From: a virus
DNA: 64,000 nucleotides
IMG/VR virus record: IMGVR_UViG_3300022745_000020
Span: 83,903-147,902 of that record
Reading direction: 5' to 3' (one strand)
Shown here: positions 9,201-18,700 of the stretch, piece after piece
How positions within the stretch are numbered: position 1 is the first letter of the stretch
How the letters are laid out: every line of letters begins with the position of its first letter
The notes under the pieces: generated by a model
What the model saw: the letters and a program-made list of their open reading frames with translations, nothing else
The model's database searches: none
What the model was told of the DNA's origin: nothing
Made by a program: the position numbers and the translations under genes

Positions 9201-12200
9201 CTGAGCTTACCCAGCAATCCACCAGAGTCTTTATCTGTAGAGTCTTTCTTCTGGAGTTTACTCTGTACAGACTCTTTGGCTTTCTCGATCTCCTTAGCAT
9301 CTTCTTGATGCTGCGCAGCCGATTGCTTTTGATTGCGCTTGAAGATAGACTTCAGACTCTTCAATGGAGAGACTCCTGAGGACTTAGAGCCATCTGTAGA
9401 TTTATCAGCAGTGGGCGTCTCCCCACTCGATCCATCTGTAGCAGGCAGTCGATCATCCAAGATATCACGGATCTCCTCGAGTACGGACAGAGACTTTTTA
9501 GAGGTGATGGCATCGCTGCCACCGAAGAGTCCGCCGATACCCCCAGTGAGTAGATTACCCACTGCGCCCAGTCCCTTCATGCCGGCTGTGGCGATTTTCT
9601 TAGTGGCCTCCCAGCCCAGCTTCATGCCCTTGTATGCGAGTTTGCCAGCACCCATGACCAGGGACTTAGCTGCATTAAAGACCTTACCCAGGCGAGTGCG
9701 CACGGGCCGGCCCTTGTTATCGTACAGCCCTTTTTGGAGCATCTCGAGCGTGACGACTTCATTACCATCCCCATCGAGCACAGGTCCATCGATATCGGAG
9801 TAGGAGCGAATAGCCTTGCCCGTACTCTTAGATGTATAATAGCCCTTGACCATGAGGTTGGCCAGCAGTACAGGATCTTTTACACCTGGGCTGTATAGAT
9901 CCACAGGCCTGCCTAGGAAGTTGTATCCTGCTTTGAGTGCACTGCCTATGAACGATCGAGCAGACTTGAGGATGGTCATCTCCAGATTCCACATGGCAGA
10001 CACGCCACCTGTGGCTAGCCAGCCCAGGCCCTTGACGATCTTCTTGGGGACGTAAGCCAAACCCCTGCCCACCAGTGAGGTGAGCCTGACCATGATCCCA
10101 CGAGGATCTGGACACACCAGTTGATCGAGCTCCTCATCCTTGATGAGGATATTCCCACTCTCATCGGTGATGGCTTGATTGATGTCTTTATGGGACTTCA
10201 GCACATCCTTGCTGTGTAGACGACGATACTTACCCGCATCGATTTGTACTCCATACAGGCGAGGTTTATTCTCCCCCTTGACATACACATCACGAGTTTG
10301 TTCTTTAAACTTACCCGGGATACTTGCAGCGGCTTTGGCTACATCCCACATCCCACTGGCGATCTTCCCACTGAGCTTGGCACTACCCATGAAGAGTCTA
10401 CCTGTACCACTGATCAGTCCGGATACCCCACCGATGGCTTTATCCTTAGCCCAAATGAGAGAGCGGTTAGTCATACTCAGCTTGGGTTTACCACCCAAGC
10501 CAGCGATAGCCACGTGCTCGACTCGATCGAGGATCTTATTCAAAGTCTCATTGATTCGATCGAGTTGCTGAGGGACACCTTCTCCAGGCAGAGCAGTCTG
10601 AGCCGATACTGTAGCACCTGCCTTATCTGAAGCGGAGAATTTAGATTTCAATGTATCCCAGCTGGGGATATTGACTTGCCTGATGCGCTCAGCTGCAGCG
10701 GTGAAAGCCGCAGTGGCTTTCTCCACCATGGTCTCTACAGACTGAGGATCGATCTTGAGCTTGTCTTTGAGTGTGGACAGTGATGGCCGATCGATGTGCT
10801 CAGGGGGTGGCTCGACTGTCTTAGCCTCGATGTCTTGCGCTTGAGAGTTGTCATACTTAGATGTATACCCCGAGCGCTGACCCCGATCCATGATGACACT
10901 AAGCCTATCGTCAGGGGCTCTGACCACAGGCAATAGGGATCTGCGAGATCCATCTGGATTGAGCAGCTGCACACCGCCGTCTCCGATGGGCATGATGGCT
11001 TCTTTGCCATCTTCCCCAGCTACTGCTTCTTGCACACCTTTCTTGCCAAAGAGCTTGAACTTGGTGGCCTTACTCAAGATTTTGTTGATGAACACGCCAC
11101 CTTTGGCGAACTTCTTAGTGGCTGGATCGTCTTGCTGGCCTAAGCCCGATGCAGGCTGCTCACTGCCCTTGTCGACATTGGGCACAGATTGCTCTTGCTT
11201 GATGTCTTCGGCTTGCGATGCGGCAGTCGGAGGCGTTTTGGTTTGACTGTCCTCATCCTTTTTCTCACCAGCCTCTTTGATCTCTTTCCAAGATTCAAGA
11301 AGTCCTTCCTTGATTTTGATCATGCGCTGCATGACTGCGACTCGGATCTTCTCTGGCAGTGCAGCGAGCTCCTTGAGTAAGAGCTCATAGTCGATCTCGC
11401 CGTCGACCGTGCAGCGCTCGAGCATAGACTCAGCTTGAGCATTGACATTCTTGATCTTAGAAGTTACTGTCTCAGTGGCTTGTTTGCCAGCATCGACTAA
11501 TGCACTCAGATGGACATTGCCAGAGACTTCCTTGCTGATGGCTTTGGAGACCTCGTCGAGTTTGGCTTTAGCAGCCTGACCTGATTTACTCTTAGAGGCA
11601 TCTTCCATAGCAGCTTTGAGGATATCGGAGGGCTTACCTTCCGAGCCCTCATCCAGGGTCTTTTCCAGACCGGTAGCTCCCATGGACTTGGCCATCTTGC
11701 GAGCTTGAGCAAAAGCTCCCTTCTTGGCTTTCTTGCCACGAGCTCTGAGATTTTCTTTAGTCTGCTCGTATTTGGCTTTGGCCTTCTGGACGGTCTCAGA
11801 CTCACTCATGGCTTTCTTGAGCTCTTCGGCCATGGTGGGCCGCTTGGGCTCAGCCTTCTGAGCCGATGGAGTCATCTTCAGATAGTGCTCGAGCATGGCT
11901 TTGGTGTCGACTCGTCGACTCAATCCCCCCTCGTAGCCATCTTCTTGCGAAGATACGATCCCATGCTCTCTGAGCAAATCGCTGTGACCTTGATCTGCCA
12001 GTCGTTGGATATTGGTGGTGGTATCCCCCAAGTCACTGGTTAGGTTTCTGTGGATATTTCGCAGATTCATCTGCTTTTGTATAGGGACTTTTTCGAAGAA
12101 CTCTCGCATGACGCGAGCGGCTTCTTCTGCACCAGCCTTGATCTCATAGCGGTTAACGTCACCCAAGGTCTGCTCATCGGCATACTCTTTGCTCGACGAT

Positions 12201-13843
12201 GCCATGCGGTGCTTGAGAGCTTCTTTGGCTTCATCGGAGAGTTTGTAGCCATCTTTTTCTAAGTTGGTGATGATCTCATTTAACTTAGAGTGTAAGGCAT
12301 TGGCTTTGTTTTGATCGTACACTCTAGACAGTACGCGCTTACTCATCTCCTTCTTAGCGATAAACTCAGAGCGCTGCATATCAAACACAGTCAGACCTGT
12401 GGAGGTGTCGCCTGTGCGAGTGATCTGGAGCTCTTGCAAGATACGGGCTAAGTATCCTGGCATGATTTCGGTGAGAGACTTCTCCGTGCGAGAGACTTCA
12501 CCATCGGGGCCCGATGAGAACGCAGAGCCTGGAGTGGCACTGCTGTCAGCGATTTCGTGAGCGCTGTCTTGAGAAGGCATCATCTCTGCTAAGAAACGCT
12601 TGAGATGATTAGTGATACCACCTTCGTAGTTGCCGATGTTATTGTCTCGAAATCTTGAGGCTAGGGCCCCTGCGTTTTGAACCAGGTTAGCTCCTTTTAG
12701 ACCCAAGCGCACGAAGCTCTTATTCGTAGCGAGTTTATTGTCCACCAGGGACTTAGCAGCTTGCCCAGCCAGGCCTTGGGAGACGGTAGTGCCCAGCTGA
12801 TCACCAGCCATGCCCGCTACCGTCATGCCCGCACTGCTCATCATCTCTTTGGTGTCTTGGAGCTGAGTGGCCATATCGGCCAAAGAGCTCATCGCATCCT
12901 TGGCTTTACCTTTGAGCTTATTGCCCACTTCAGCGACTGCTCTAGATAGGTACTGACCGCTGTGGCCGAATAGGCCATTGCCGATCAAGCTGGCCATGCG
13001 GCGCTTATTATACTCCAGCAAGAATTCACTGGTTTGAAACTTGACGTAGTCAGGCAAGCCCGTGTTCTTTTGGATAGCAGGCAGCACCTGTGAGTGCAGA
13101 TCGAATGTAGCCTGAGCGATCTTGACGATGTCTTGGATACCGAAGAGTTGTCGGTAGGAGACTTCCAAAGACTTCTTTTGAAACTCCAGATTGATCGTGC
13201 GATTGTACTGATCGAGTCTGGCCATGGAAGCTGCTGCATCACTGAGCACACCCATCGTGTCTCGGTGTTTGCGCATATCCAGGCCCTGAGCTACCGCGTC
13301 TTGAGTGCTCTGGCGATCGTGATTGGCCTGCTCTTGTTGCAGCTGGGCTTGGAAGATGCCCGTGAGTGTGCTGCCTAGAAACTCTTCTCTTTGATTGTCT
13401 TGGTTACCAGAAGCAGCTACTCGATCCTCATATTCCTCGTCTTTTCTCCACTGACCGAGTCGCTCTTGGATGCTCTTGGGGATATACCAAGCATCCTCGG
13501 GGATGGTCTTGGACAGAGCCTTTTTGATGAGCTTGACCTCGGGCTTGATCTCTCGCAGAGTCTGCTCATACGTCGAGGAGATACGCCCAGCCAGATTGCT
13601 GGTGAAATCGATGGTCTGACCATATCCAGGAGGCAGTATCTCCTTCATGGTCTCTTTGATGAAAGCCCCGTCACGAGGCCCAGTCTTTATCCCCTCGATG
13701 ACACCTTCTTTGAAGTCGGTGACGGGAGAGCGATCTTTCTTAGGGGCATCGAAATCGAAATCCAATTCCCCCATATCCAGTTCATCATCGAAATCAAACC
13801 CGTCGTTGATTTTCTCTTTCTTGATCTTATTTGGCTTGGTCAT
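6251..13843 (-). CDS. giant tail-associated peptidoglycan hydrolase / tape-measure-like protein (phiKZ gp181-like)
   Basis: 2530 aa, RBS AAGGAG; SLT motif AAMESGFNPDAR..SAAGLNGF..ATW...AHFLG; M15-type peptidase motif YRSYEDQ...SLHGYGLALD...EPWHIE; hydrophobic Ala/Gly segment; adjacent to virion RNAP genes. Confidence 0.88.
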   Translation of the reverse strand: MTKPNKIKKEKINDGFDFDDELDMGELDFDFDAPKKDRSPVTDFKEGVIEGIKTGPRDGAFIKETMKEILPPGYGQTIDFTSNLAGRISSTYEQTLREIKPEVKLIKKALSKTIPEDAWYIPKSIQERLGQWRKDEEYEDRVAASGNQDNQREEFLGSTLTGIFQAQLQQEQANHDRQSTQDAVAQGLDMRKHRDTMGVLSDAAASMARLDQYNRTINLEFQKKSLEVSYRQLFGIQDIVKIAQATFDLHSQVLPAIQKNTGLPDYVKFQTSEFLLEYNKRRMASLIGNGLFGHSGQYLSRAVAEVGNKLKGKAKDAMSSLADMATQLQDTKEMMSSAGMTVAGMAGDQLGTTVSQGLAGQAAKSLVDNKLATNKSFVRLGLKGANLVQNAGALASRFRDNNIGNYEGGITNHLKRFLAEMMPSQDSAHEIADSSATPGSAFSSGPDGEVSRTEKSLTEIMPGYLARILQELQITRTGDTSTGLTVFDMQRSEFIAKKEMSKRVLSRVYDQNKANALHSKLNEIITNLEKDGYKLSDEAKEALKHRMASSSKEYADEQTLGDVNRYEIKAGAEEAARVMREFFEKVPIQKQMNLRNIHRNLTSDLGDTTTNIQRLADQGHSDLLREHGIVSSQEDGYEGGLSRRVDTKAMLEHYLKMTPSAQKAEPKRPTMAEELKKAMSESETVQKAKAKYEQTKENLRARGKKAKKGAFAQARKMAKSMGATGLEKTLDEGSEGKPSDILKAAMEDASKSKSGQAAKAKLDEVSKAISKEVSGNVHLSALVDAGKQATETVTSKIKNVNAQAESMLERCTVDGEIDYELLLKELAALPEKIRVAVMQRMIKIKEGLLESWKEIKEAGEKKDEDSQTKTPPTAASQAEDIKQEQSVPNVDKGSEQPASGLGQQDDPATKKFAKGGVFINKILSKATKFKLFGKKGVQEAVAGEDGKEAIMPIGDGGVQLLNPDGSRRSLLPVVRAPDDRLSVIMDRGQRSGYTSKYDNSQAQDIEAKTVEPPPEHIDRPSLSTLKDKLKIDPQSVETMVEKATAAFTAAAERIRQVNIPSWDTLKSKFSASDKAGATVSAQTALPGEGVPQQLDRINETLNKILDRVEHVAIAGLGGKPKLSMTNRSLIWAKDKAIGGVSGLISGTGRLFMGSAKLSGKIASGMWDVAKAAASIPGKFKEQTRDVYVKGENKPRLYGVQIDAGKYRRLHSKDVLKSHKDINQAITDESGNILIKDEELDQLVCPDPRGIMVRLTSLVGRGLAYVPKKIVKGLGWLATGGVSAMWNLEMTILKSARSFIGSALKAGYNFLGRPVDLYSPGVKDPVLLANLMVKGYYTSKSTGKAIRSYSDIDGPVLDGDGNEVVTLEMLQKGLYDNKGRPVRTRLGKVFNAAKSLVMGAGKLAYKGMKLGWEATKKIATAGMKGLGAVGNLLTGGIGGLFGGSDAITSKKSLSVLEEIRDILDDRLPATDGSSGETPTADKSTDGSKSSGVSPLKSLKSIFKRNQKQSAAQHQEDAKEIEKAKESVQSKLQKKDSTDKDSGGLLGKLSDLIDGIKNLLSLGKGSIGKLMGWGAGALGLGGAAATAAAATTGATAAAGTATAVGAASATTAAAGGAATAAATGGGLMAAAGTGLATLGTALGAFLGSPVVIGAAVAAAVGYGAWKVYRHYKDKLGDIDKLRLVQYGFHPDDEVNYVKVVKFERILQDRVQFTNQGPDIIESKVNLKDIMSIFDLDSQSKEDVNRFTMWYRARFKPVFLTHALAVKQVTGKFDIDSISSLEGADLQSYMSLASYMDGPYGYGVLPLHDAAYKACSSTDVKAVIQDIRLKYKLDEIKSKPNKAAADTTKPTREQRGIQLVADAQKQQQDTLTKAAPELPKTNFSLDVEKPPTATSSVSVIDSKVNPSGLKFADGPLLDGRNGYSLIRQDGKLKMDQVNPALMKSFFGAVEEYYQLTGKRITVTDAYRSYEDQVAMRQKFGTKAAVPGQSLHGYGLALDADSKALDEMDDLGLLRKYGLIRPVGGEPWHIEPVGVQLDIDRYKQQPELAMKAIEEGIGRGGGGLGTQKGATDGSRNPELARQILAASIQPNVKLSGINADAKASGPLEKIDPLGTQSKKPTLQTGIVGPVSQPGKAPLQASNQPKFAPLPDAESKPAVASTDAPNKAQFGALPEKPTIGALTKVPEPKSRDKQSVKDTITAAAQAVGVDPKVALATAAMESGFNPDARAKLGSAAGLNGFTQATWEETVSKYGSRYGYMPESTSVYDARANALMGAHLIKANSDGQTQDVTKAYMAHFLGKAGAKRLYEVYQNAPQTPAAQILPKAAAANESIFYDNGSPRSVQALVDYIDAKLRKTAAAFGIDLGSDTVPVERTRVSAVQNASQDSSWRALKASTRPQTPSGDTEVATATPKPSRAAIKSDFARASLGLDMSNLQPTRIEPAVDNSPGANLMFKTEGILSESLVVQKRMEQLLAIIANKPNIPAAVESMQAKDPSAKPETELTNDTPAVRSNSKPMSARYDIPDLPVSMRRRA

Positions 13844-14098
13844 CACTTGCTCCTTACGTTTGGAGGGGTGTATGCGTATGGTCTATATAGGTAGAGTATA
13901 CCCATACACCTTAGAGTGTGCTCTGCGCTCCCATAGGGGGCTCTATAAAGCTCACTCGATGGACATGCATTGAATAATGACAGATACGGGCCATGAGGTG
14001 TGAGCTCTGAGCGAGAGATGAGCCTGTATTTTTGTCTGTGGTTTTACTTTGAATCATTTTTTCTTCTACTTCCCCCTTTGCAGCAGGAGAGTCTATTC

Positions 14099-15721
14099 AT
14101 GAGCAACTTGAATGTCCCCTTTAATATCGGTCTACTCAACCTTGATAAGAACCCTCAGTGGACGAACTCCGTCAAGCCAGTGACCAGTCAAGATGTCTTC
14201 GAGGGCATCACGCGCAATTTCCACCCAGCTGGGCTGTTCTCGACGGAGATCTTTGGCACACCTGGCACTCCCGGGAGGTTTCTCAAGGAGTCATGGATCG
14301 ACACCAAGATCCAGATCTTGCATCCTGCCATCTACAAGACACTGATCTCCCTGAAGGGGCTCTACGAGGGCATCATCACTGGAAAAGCCTACGGCAAGTG
14401 GGATGAGCTGCTGTGTGACTTCGTGGAGTCCGATGCGAGTGAAGGATCTACCGGCTATACGTTTTTTCTCAACCATTTCCGGCTGATCAAGCACATCCCC
14501 AGTGAGAGCCTACAGAGGCAAGAGAAAATCAAGCTCGTCACCTCTCGACAAGACCAGGCTTTGATGAGCAAGATCTATGTCTTGCCTGCTGGATACCGGG
14601 ATGTGGAGATCGACGATACGGGTCGAGTCACCAGCGATGAGATCAATGAGCTCTACAACTCACTGTTGAGTGTGGCCAACACCATCCCTGCTTTGGTGGT
14701 CAGAAACGATCTGTCGAACTGTGATCGCCAGCGCGTATCGCTGCAAAACACATTTAACGATCTGTATCAAAAAGCCATCGATATCATCCGAGGCAAGAAC
14801 AACCTCATGATGAGTAAGTGGGCAGGTCGAGCAGTCTTTGACTCCACTCGAAATGTGCTCACAGCCATGAACACCACCATGACGGACTTGGATGATCCCT
14901 ATGCACCCAAGCTCAACGATACGATGGTGGGACTGCTGCAGTTCATGAAGACGGCTCGTTTGAAGACGCTGCACTATTTAAAGACAGGCTTTCTCTCTGA
15001 GGTGTTTAGCTCGGCATCGGCTCCTGCTGTCTTGTGTGATATGCGCTCTCTCAAGAGTGTGCATGTGACTGTGAAGTCTCGCACCTATGACAAGTGGATG
15101 AGCAATGAAGGCTTAGAAAAAGTCATCAACAGCTACCGAGAGTCGTCCATTCGCTCCAACCCCATCACAGTCGAAGGTAAATACTTGGGATTGGTCTATA
15201 GGGGCGAGGACAGCACCTATCGACTCATCCATGGCGTCGATGACCTACCCGATCCTCAGATGGCCAAGTACTGCACACCGATCACTTACAACGATTTGTT
15301 CTACGTGGCGTGCTATCGCTGGGCAGCTGCAGTACCTCAGATCGTCACGCGCTATCCGATCGCCACAGGGCGCAGCACCTATCCATCGAGCACATACCTC
15401 ATGAGCACGATGCGCACAGAAAAGCGCCATGCGCTCGATGCTCAGTTTAATCTCATCGAGGGTGATATCGCCCCACGTTTTCCCATCACGGGTGAGCCCA
15501 CCTACGATTCACAATCACCTCACCCATCTCGACTGGAGAATCTAGGCGCTGACCACGACGGTGATACTGGATCATTGATCAGCTTGGTGACTCAAGAGGC
15601 TGTGCAGGAAATCGATGCAGTCATGCATGATAAATCCTTCTATCTGGGACCCGAAGGTAAGATGGTCGCCAACTGTAATACCTCCACGATCAATTATGTC
15701 GTGACCAACTTGACCATGTAA
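14099..15721 (+). CDS. virion RNA polymerase beta'-like subunit (phiKZ gp180-like)
   Basis: GLFSTEIFG, VLPAGYRD, TRNVLTA, TRYP and catalytic GADHDGD; RBS AGGAG. Confidence 0.92.
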   Translation: MSNLNVPFNIGLLNLDKNPQWTNSVKPVTSQDVFEGITRNFHPAGLFSTEIFGTPGTPGRFLKESWIDTKIQILHPAIYKTLISLKGLYEGIITGKAYGKWDELLCDFVESDASEGSTGYTFFLNHFRLIKHIPSESLQRQEKIKLVTSRQDQALMSKIYVLPAGYRDVEIDDTGRVTSDEINELYNSLLSVANTIPALVVRNDLSNCDRQRVSLQNTFNDLYQKAIDIIRGKNNLMMSKWAGRAVFDSTRNVLTAMNTTMTDLDDPYAPKLNDTMVGLLQFMKTARLKTLHYLKTGFLSEVFSSASAPAVLCDMRSLKSVHVTVKSRTYDKWMSNEGLEKVINSYRESSIRSNPITVEGKYLGLVYRGEDSTYRLIHGVDDLPDPQMAKYCTPITYNDLFYVACYRWAAAVPQIVTRYPIATGRSTYPSSTYLMSTMRTEKRHALDAQFNLIEGDIAPRFPITGEPTYDSQSPHPSRLENLGADHDGDTGSLISLVTQEAVQEIDAVMHDKSFYLGPEGKMVANCNTSTINYVVTNLTM

Positions 15722-15750
15722 ACTCCCTACAGAAGAAGGACCTCTTCACC

Positions 15751-18700
15751 ATGCTCTCACGTCTGGACAACACCCGATTCTATCGTGCGTACGGAATCTA
15801 TCGCACCTCCCAGCTCACGCAGCCTCATCTGGCTAACTCGAGCGCATTTGCTCTGCCGTACAACAGCATCTTTCACTACTGCAGCTGGGATGGGATCGGA
15901 TACGGCCCCATGGCCGATGACCCCATCTTCACGGGCATCAACAAGCCAGTGTACATCTTCAATATCCACATGCTCAACTCCTACGAGGGAGCTCCTCGCA
16001 GAGTCAGTGTGAACATCCCCGACATGGAAAGAGACCTGAGGGGGAAAAACCGAAGACTGCGCACGCTCAAAGACATCGCATCTTTGAATAACGACACGCA
16101 AACTCTGGTGGTGTACAACTACGACTTTATCCCTCACTGCTATCGATATACGAAGAACTTATACACGCGCTACTCCAAGTGGAGTAACTTGTATACTGAG
16201 ATCATCTCTCAGATCGCACGAGTGAGCCACAGCAGTGAGCATCACCAGTTCTTGAAGATCAATATCCCTCAGATCCTGCCGAGTCTGGCTCAGCTCAATA
16301 CAGCGGCTAAGGACACTCCGATCAAATCCTCTATGCTCAAGATCTTCACCGAAGAGAGAGCCTATACACTGCTGGACCTGTGGAAGTGGCTCAGTGCGGA
16401 TCGCCACACCAGCATCCTCTCACTGATCCCCAAGGAGAAGTTGCACCTGATCAACTTCATCGTTCAAGACGGCAGCGTCTGGTCGGTGTTGAATCTGGGG
16501 TTCTTGGACTCTGTGCGTGATGATGGGGAGAGTAAAGCTCAGAAGGCTGAAGATGTACCTGGTGCGATCGAGGAGAAAATATCTCCCATCCAGCTGCAAA
16601 AGCGTGTGCTGGTGTACCTCATGCGCATCATGGAATCACGCACCGTCACGGCCAACTTAAGTGATAAGCAAATCACAGAGCTGGAGCAAACTGGCTCCAT
16701 CGGCGATGATCAAGATGACACTCCTGGGTCTGAGGCGAGTGATCCTCAAAGCTCTGCTGCAGTGACAGTAGATGCTCCCAGTGACAGCAATGCCCCCATC
16801 GATCAGCGCATGATCCTCGATGAGGGAGAGGGTGATGAGGCGATGCTCAAGATGCTCGAAGATGAGCAAATCGATGAGAAGCTCAATCAACTCAATGCCA
16901 TCTCTGTCGATGAAAGTGAGGTCTCTGCAGGAGTCACTCTCAAGCACGTACTCTCCCAGAGTGCCCCGACTCCAGAGCAGGGGTTTGCTGTACACCTCAA
17001 TCACCTGGCTCAGACGGGCAATATCAGCGCAGCTGAGATGAGCCGCTTTAACAAGCTCAGCCAGCGATATAAGGAGCTGCCCTCACCAGATCCTAAAAAG
17101 ACACTGGATCAGTACACCCAGGTCAAGCATGAGGATCTGGCAGTCGATGCCAATACCCCAGTCTTCAAAGACAGCCAGAGTGTGCTGGATAAAAACATGC
17201 TCAAGGGCAGTCTGGAGAGCTTCGATAGCTCATATAGGCAAAAGGCTCTGAAGCAGCACACAGTGGCTATGGCGCTCGGTGTACAGCACGCTGGCGTGGC
17301 AGTGACCGACTACTCTGTGGAGCGCAATGAGTCCATACTGGGTAAGTATGATTTGCATGTGGTGCGCTTAGCACCTATCCAGGGCTCTCCGAGCACCATC
17401 TCTTTTCGAGTACCCCACTTAAATGACGACGGGACGTTTACTGCCAATGGAACCGATTACCGACTGCGTAAGCAATTCTCAGATATCCCACTGAGAAAGA
17501 TCGGCCCCGATGAGGTGGCGCTCACCAGCTACTACGGCAAGCTCTTTGTGCGCAGAGGTCTGAAGAAATCTCACGATCTCACAGCTTGGCTGCATGACGA
17601 GATCATGGCCAAGTACTACAGTGAGGATAAGTCCCCCATCGTGGAGATCAAGACCGCGTATACCTTCGACAATCTACCCAAACTACCTCGACTGTATACG
17701 GCTGCGGCTCACTCATTTCGAGAGATCCTCACCGATAAATACCGACTGATCTTCGATCGCGACAGCCTGATTAAGGAAGTCGATGGTCACACTCTGGGCG
17801 TGGAGACCACTCATGCTGGCATGACGCTGTGTGGGATGAGTCGCACTGAAGTCGTCCTCATGGATGAGTATGGTAATTTGTACACTATCCCTGCGAGTCA
17901 TCTGGAGGCTGAGCCTACATTGATTGGCTCTATGCTGAGCTATCTGGGGCTCAGTCAGAGCAGCTGCCCAGTAGAGTATGCTCAGCTGAGCATCTACGGA
18001 AAGGACATCCCCTTGGGGTTTGTGCTGGCGTACTACATGGGACTCAATGGACTGATCGATACTCTGAAGGTCGATGTGAGGAGAGTGCCAGCTGGCACTC
18101 GAGTCAAACTCGATGAGCTCACCGAGTACGCTGTGGCCTTCAGTGATGAGACGCTGGTCTTTCCCAAGGACAACACTCTGGCCAGTATGGTGCTGGCTGG
18201 ATTCAATCTGTACGCTAAAATCTTGAAACTCTATAGCGTCTACTCCTTCGATCAAAAGGCTGTCTACTTGAACATCCTCGAGGCAAACGCCATGAGCGTG
18301 AGGTATGTGCGGGAGATGGATCTGATTGAGCAGATGTTTATCGACCCGATCACTCTCATGAGGCTGAAGGCCCTAAAGCTGCCTCAGACACTCAAGGGGT
18401 TACTGTTTGAGTCGGCTCGGATGCTACTCACTGATCAGCATCCAGATGAGATGGATCTGAACTACATGAACATCAAAGGCTCTGAGCTGATCGCTGGAGC
18501 CGTCTACGCTGAGCTCGTGCAATCCCTGAGGGTACATAACGCCCAATACGGCAAGAGCAATCGCAAGATCGAGATGAATCCTCACGCCGTATGGACTCGC
18601 ATCGTCGATGACCCCGTCAAGATGCAAGAGTCACAGATCAACCCCCTGATGGAATTAAAGAGCATCGAAGCTGTGACGTTCTCAGGCACTGGTGGGCGCA

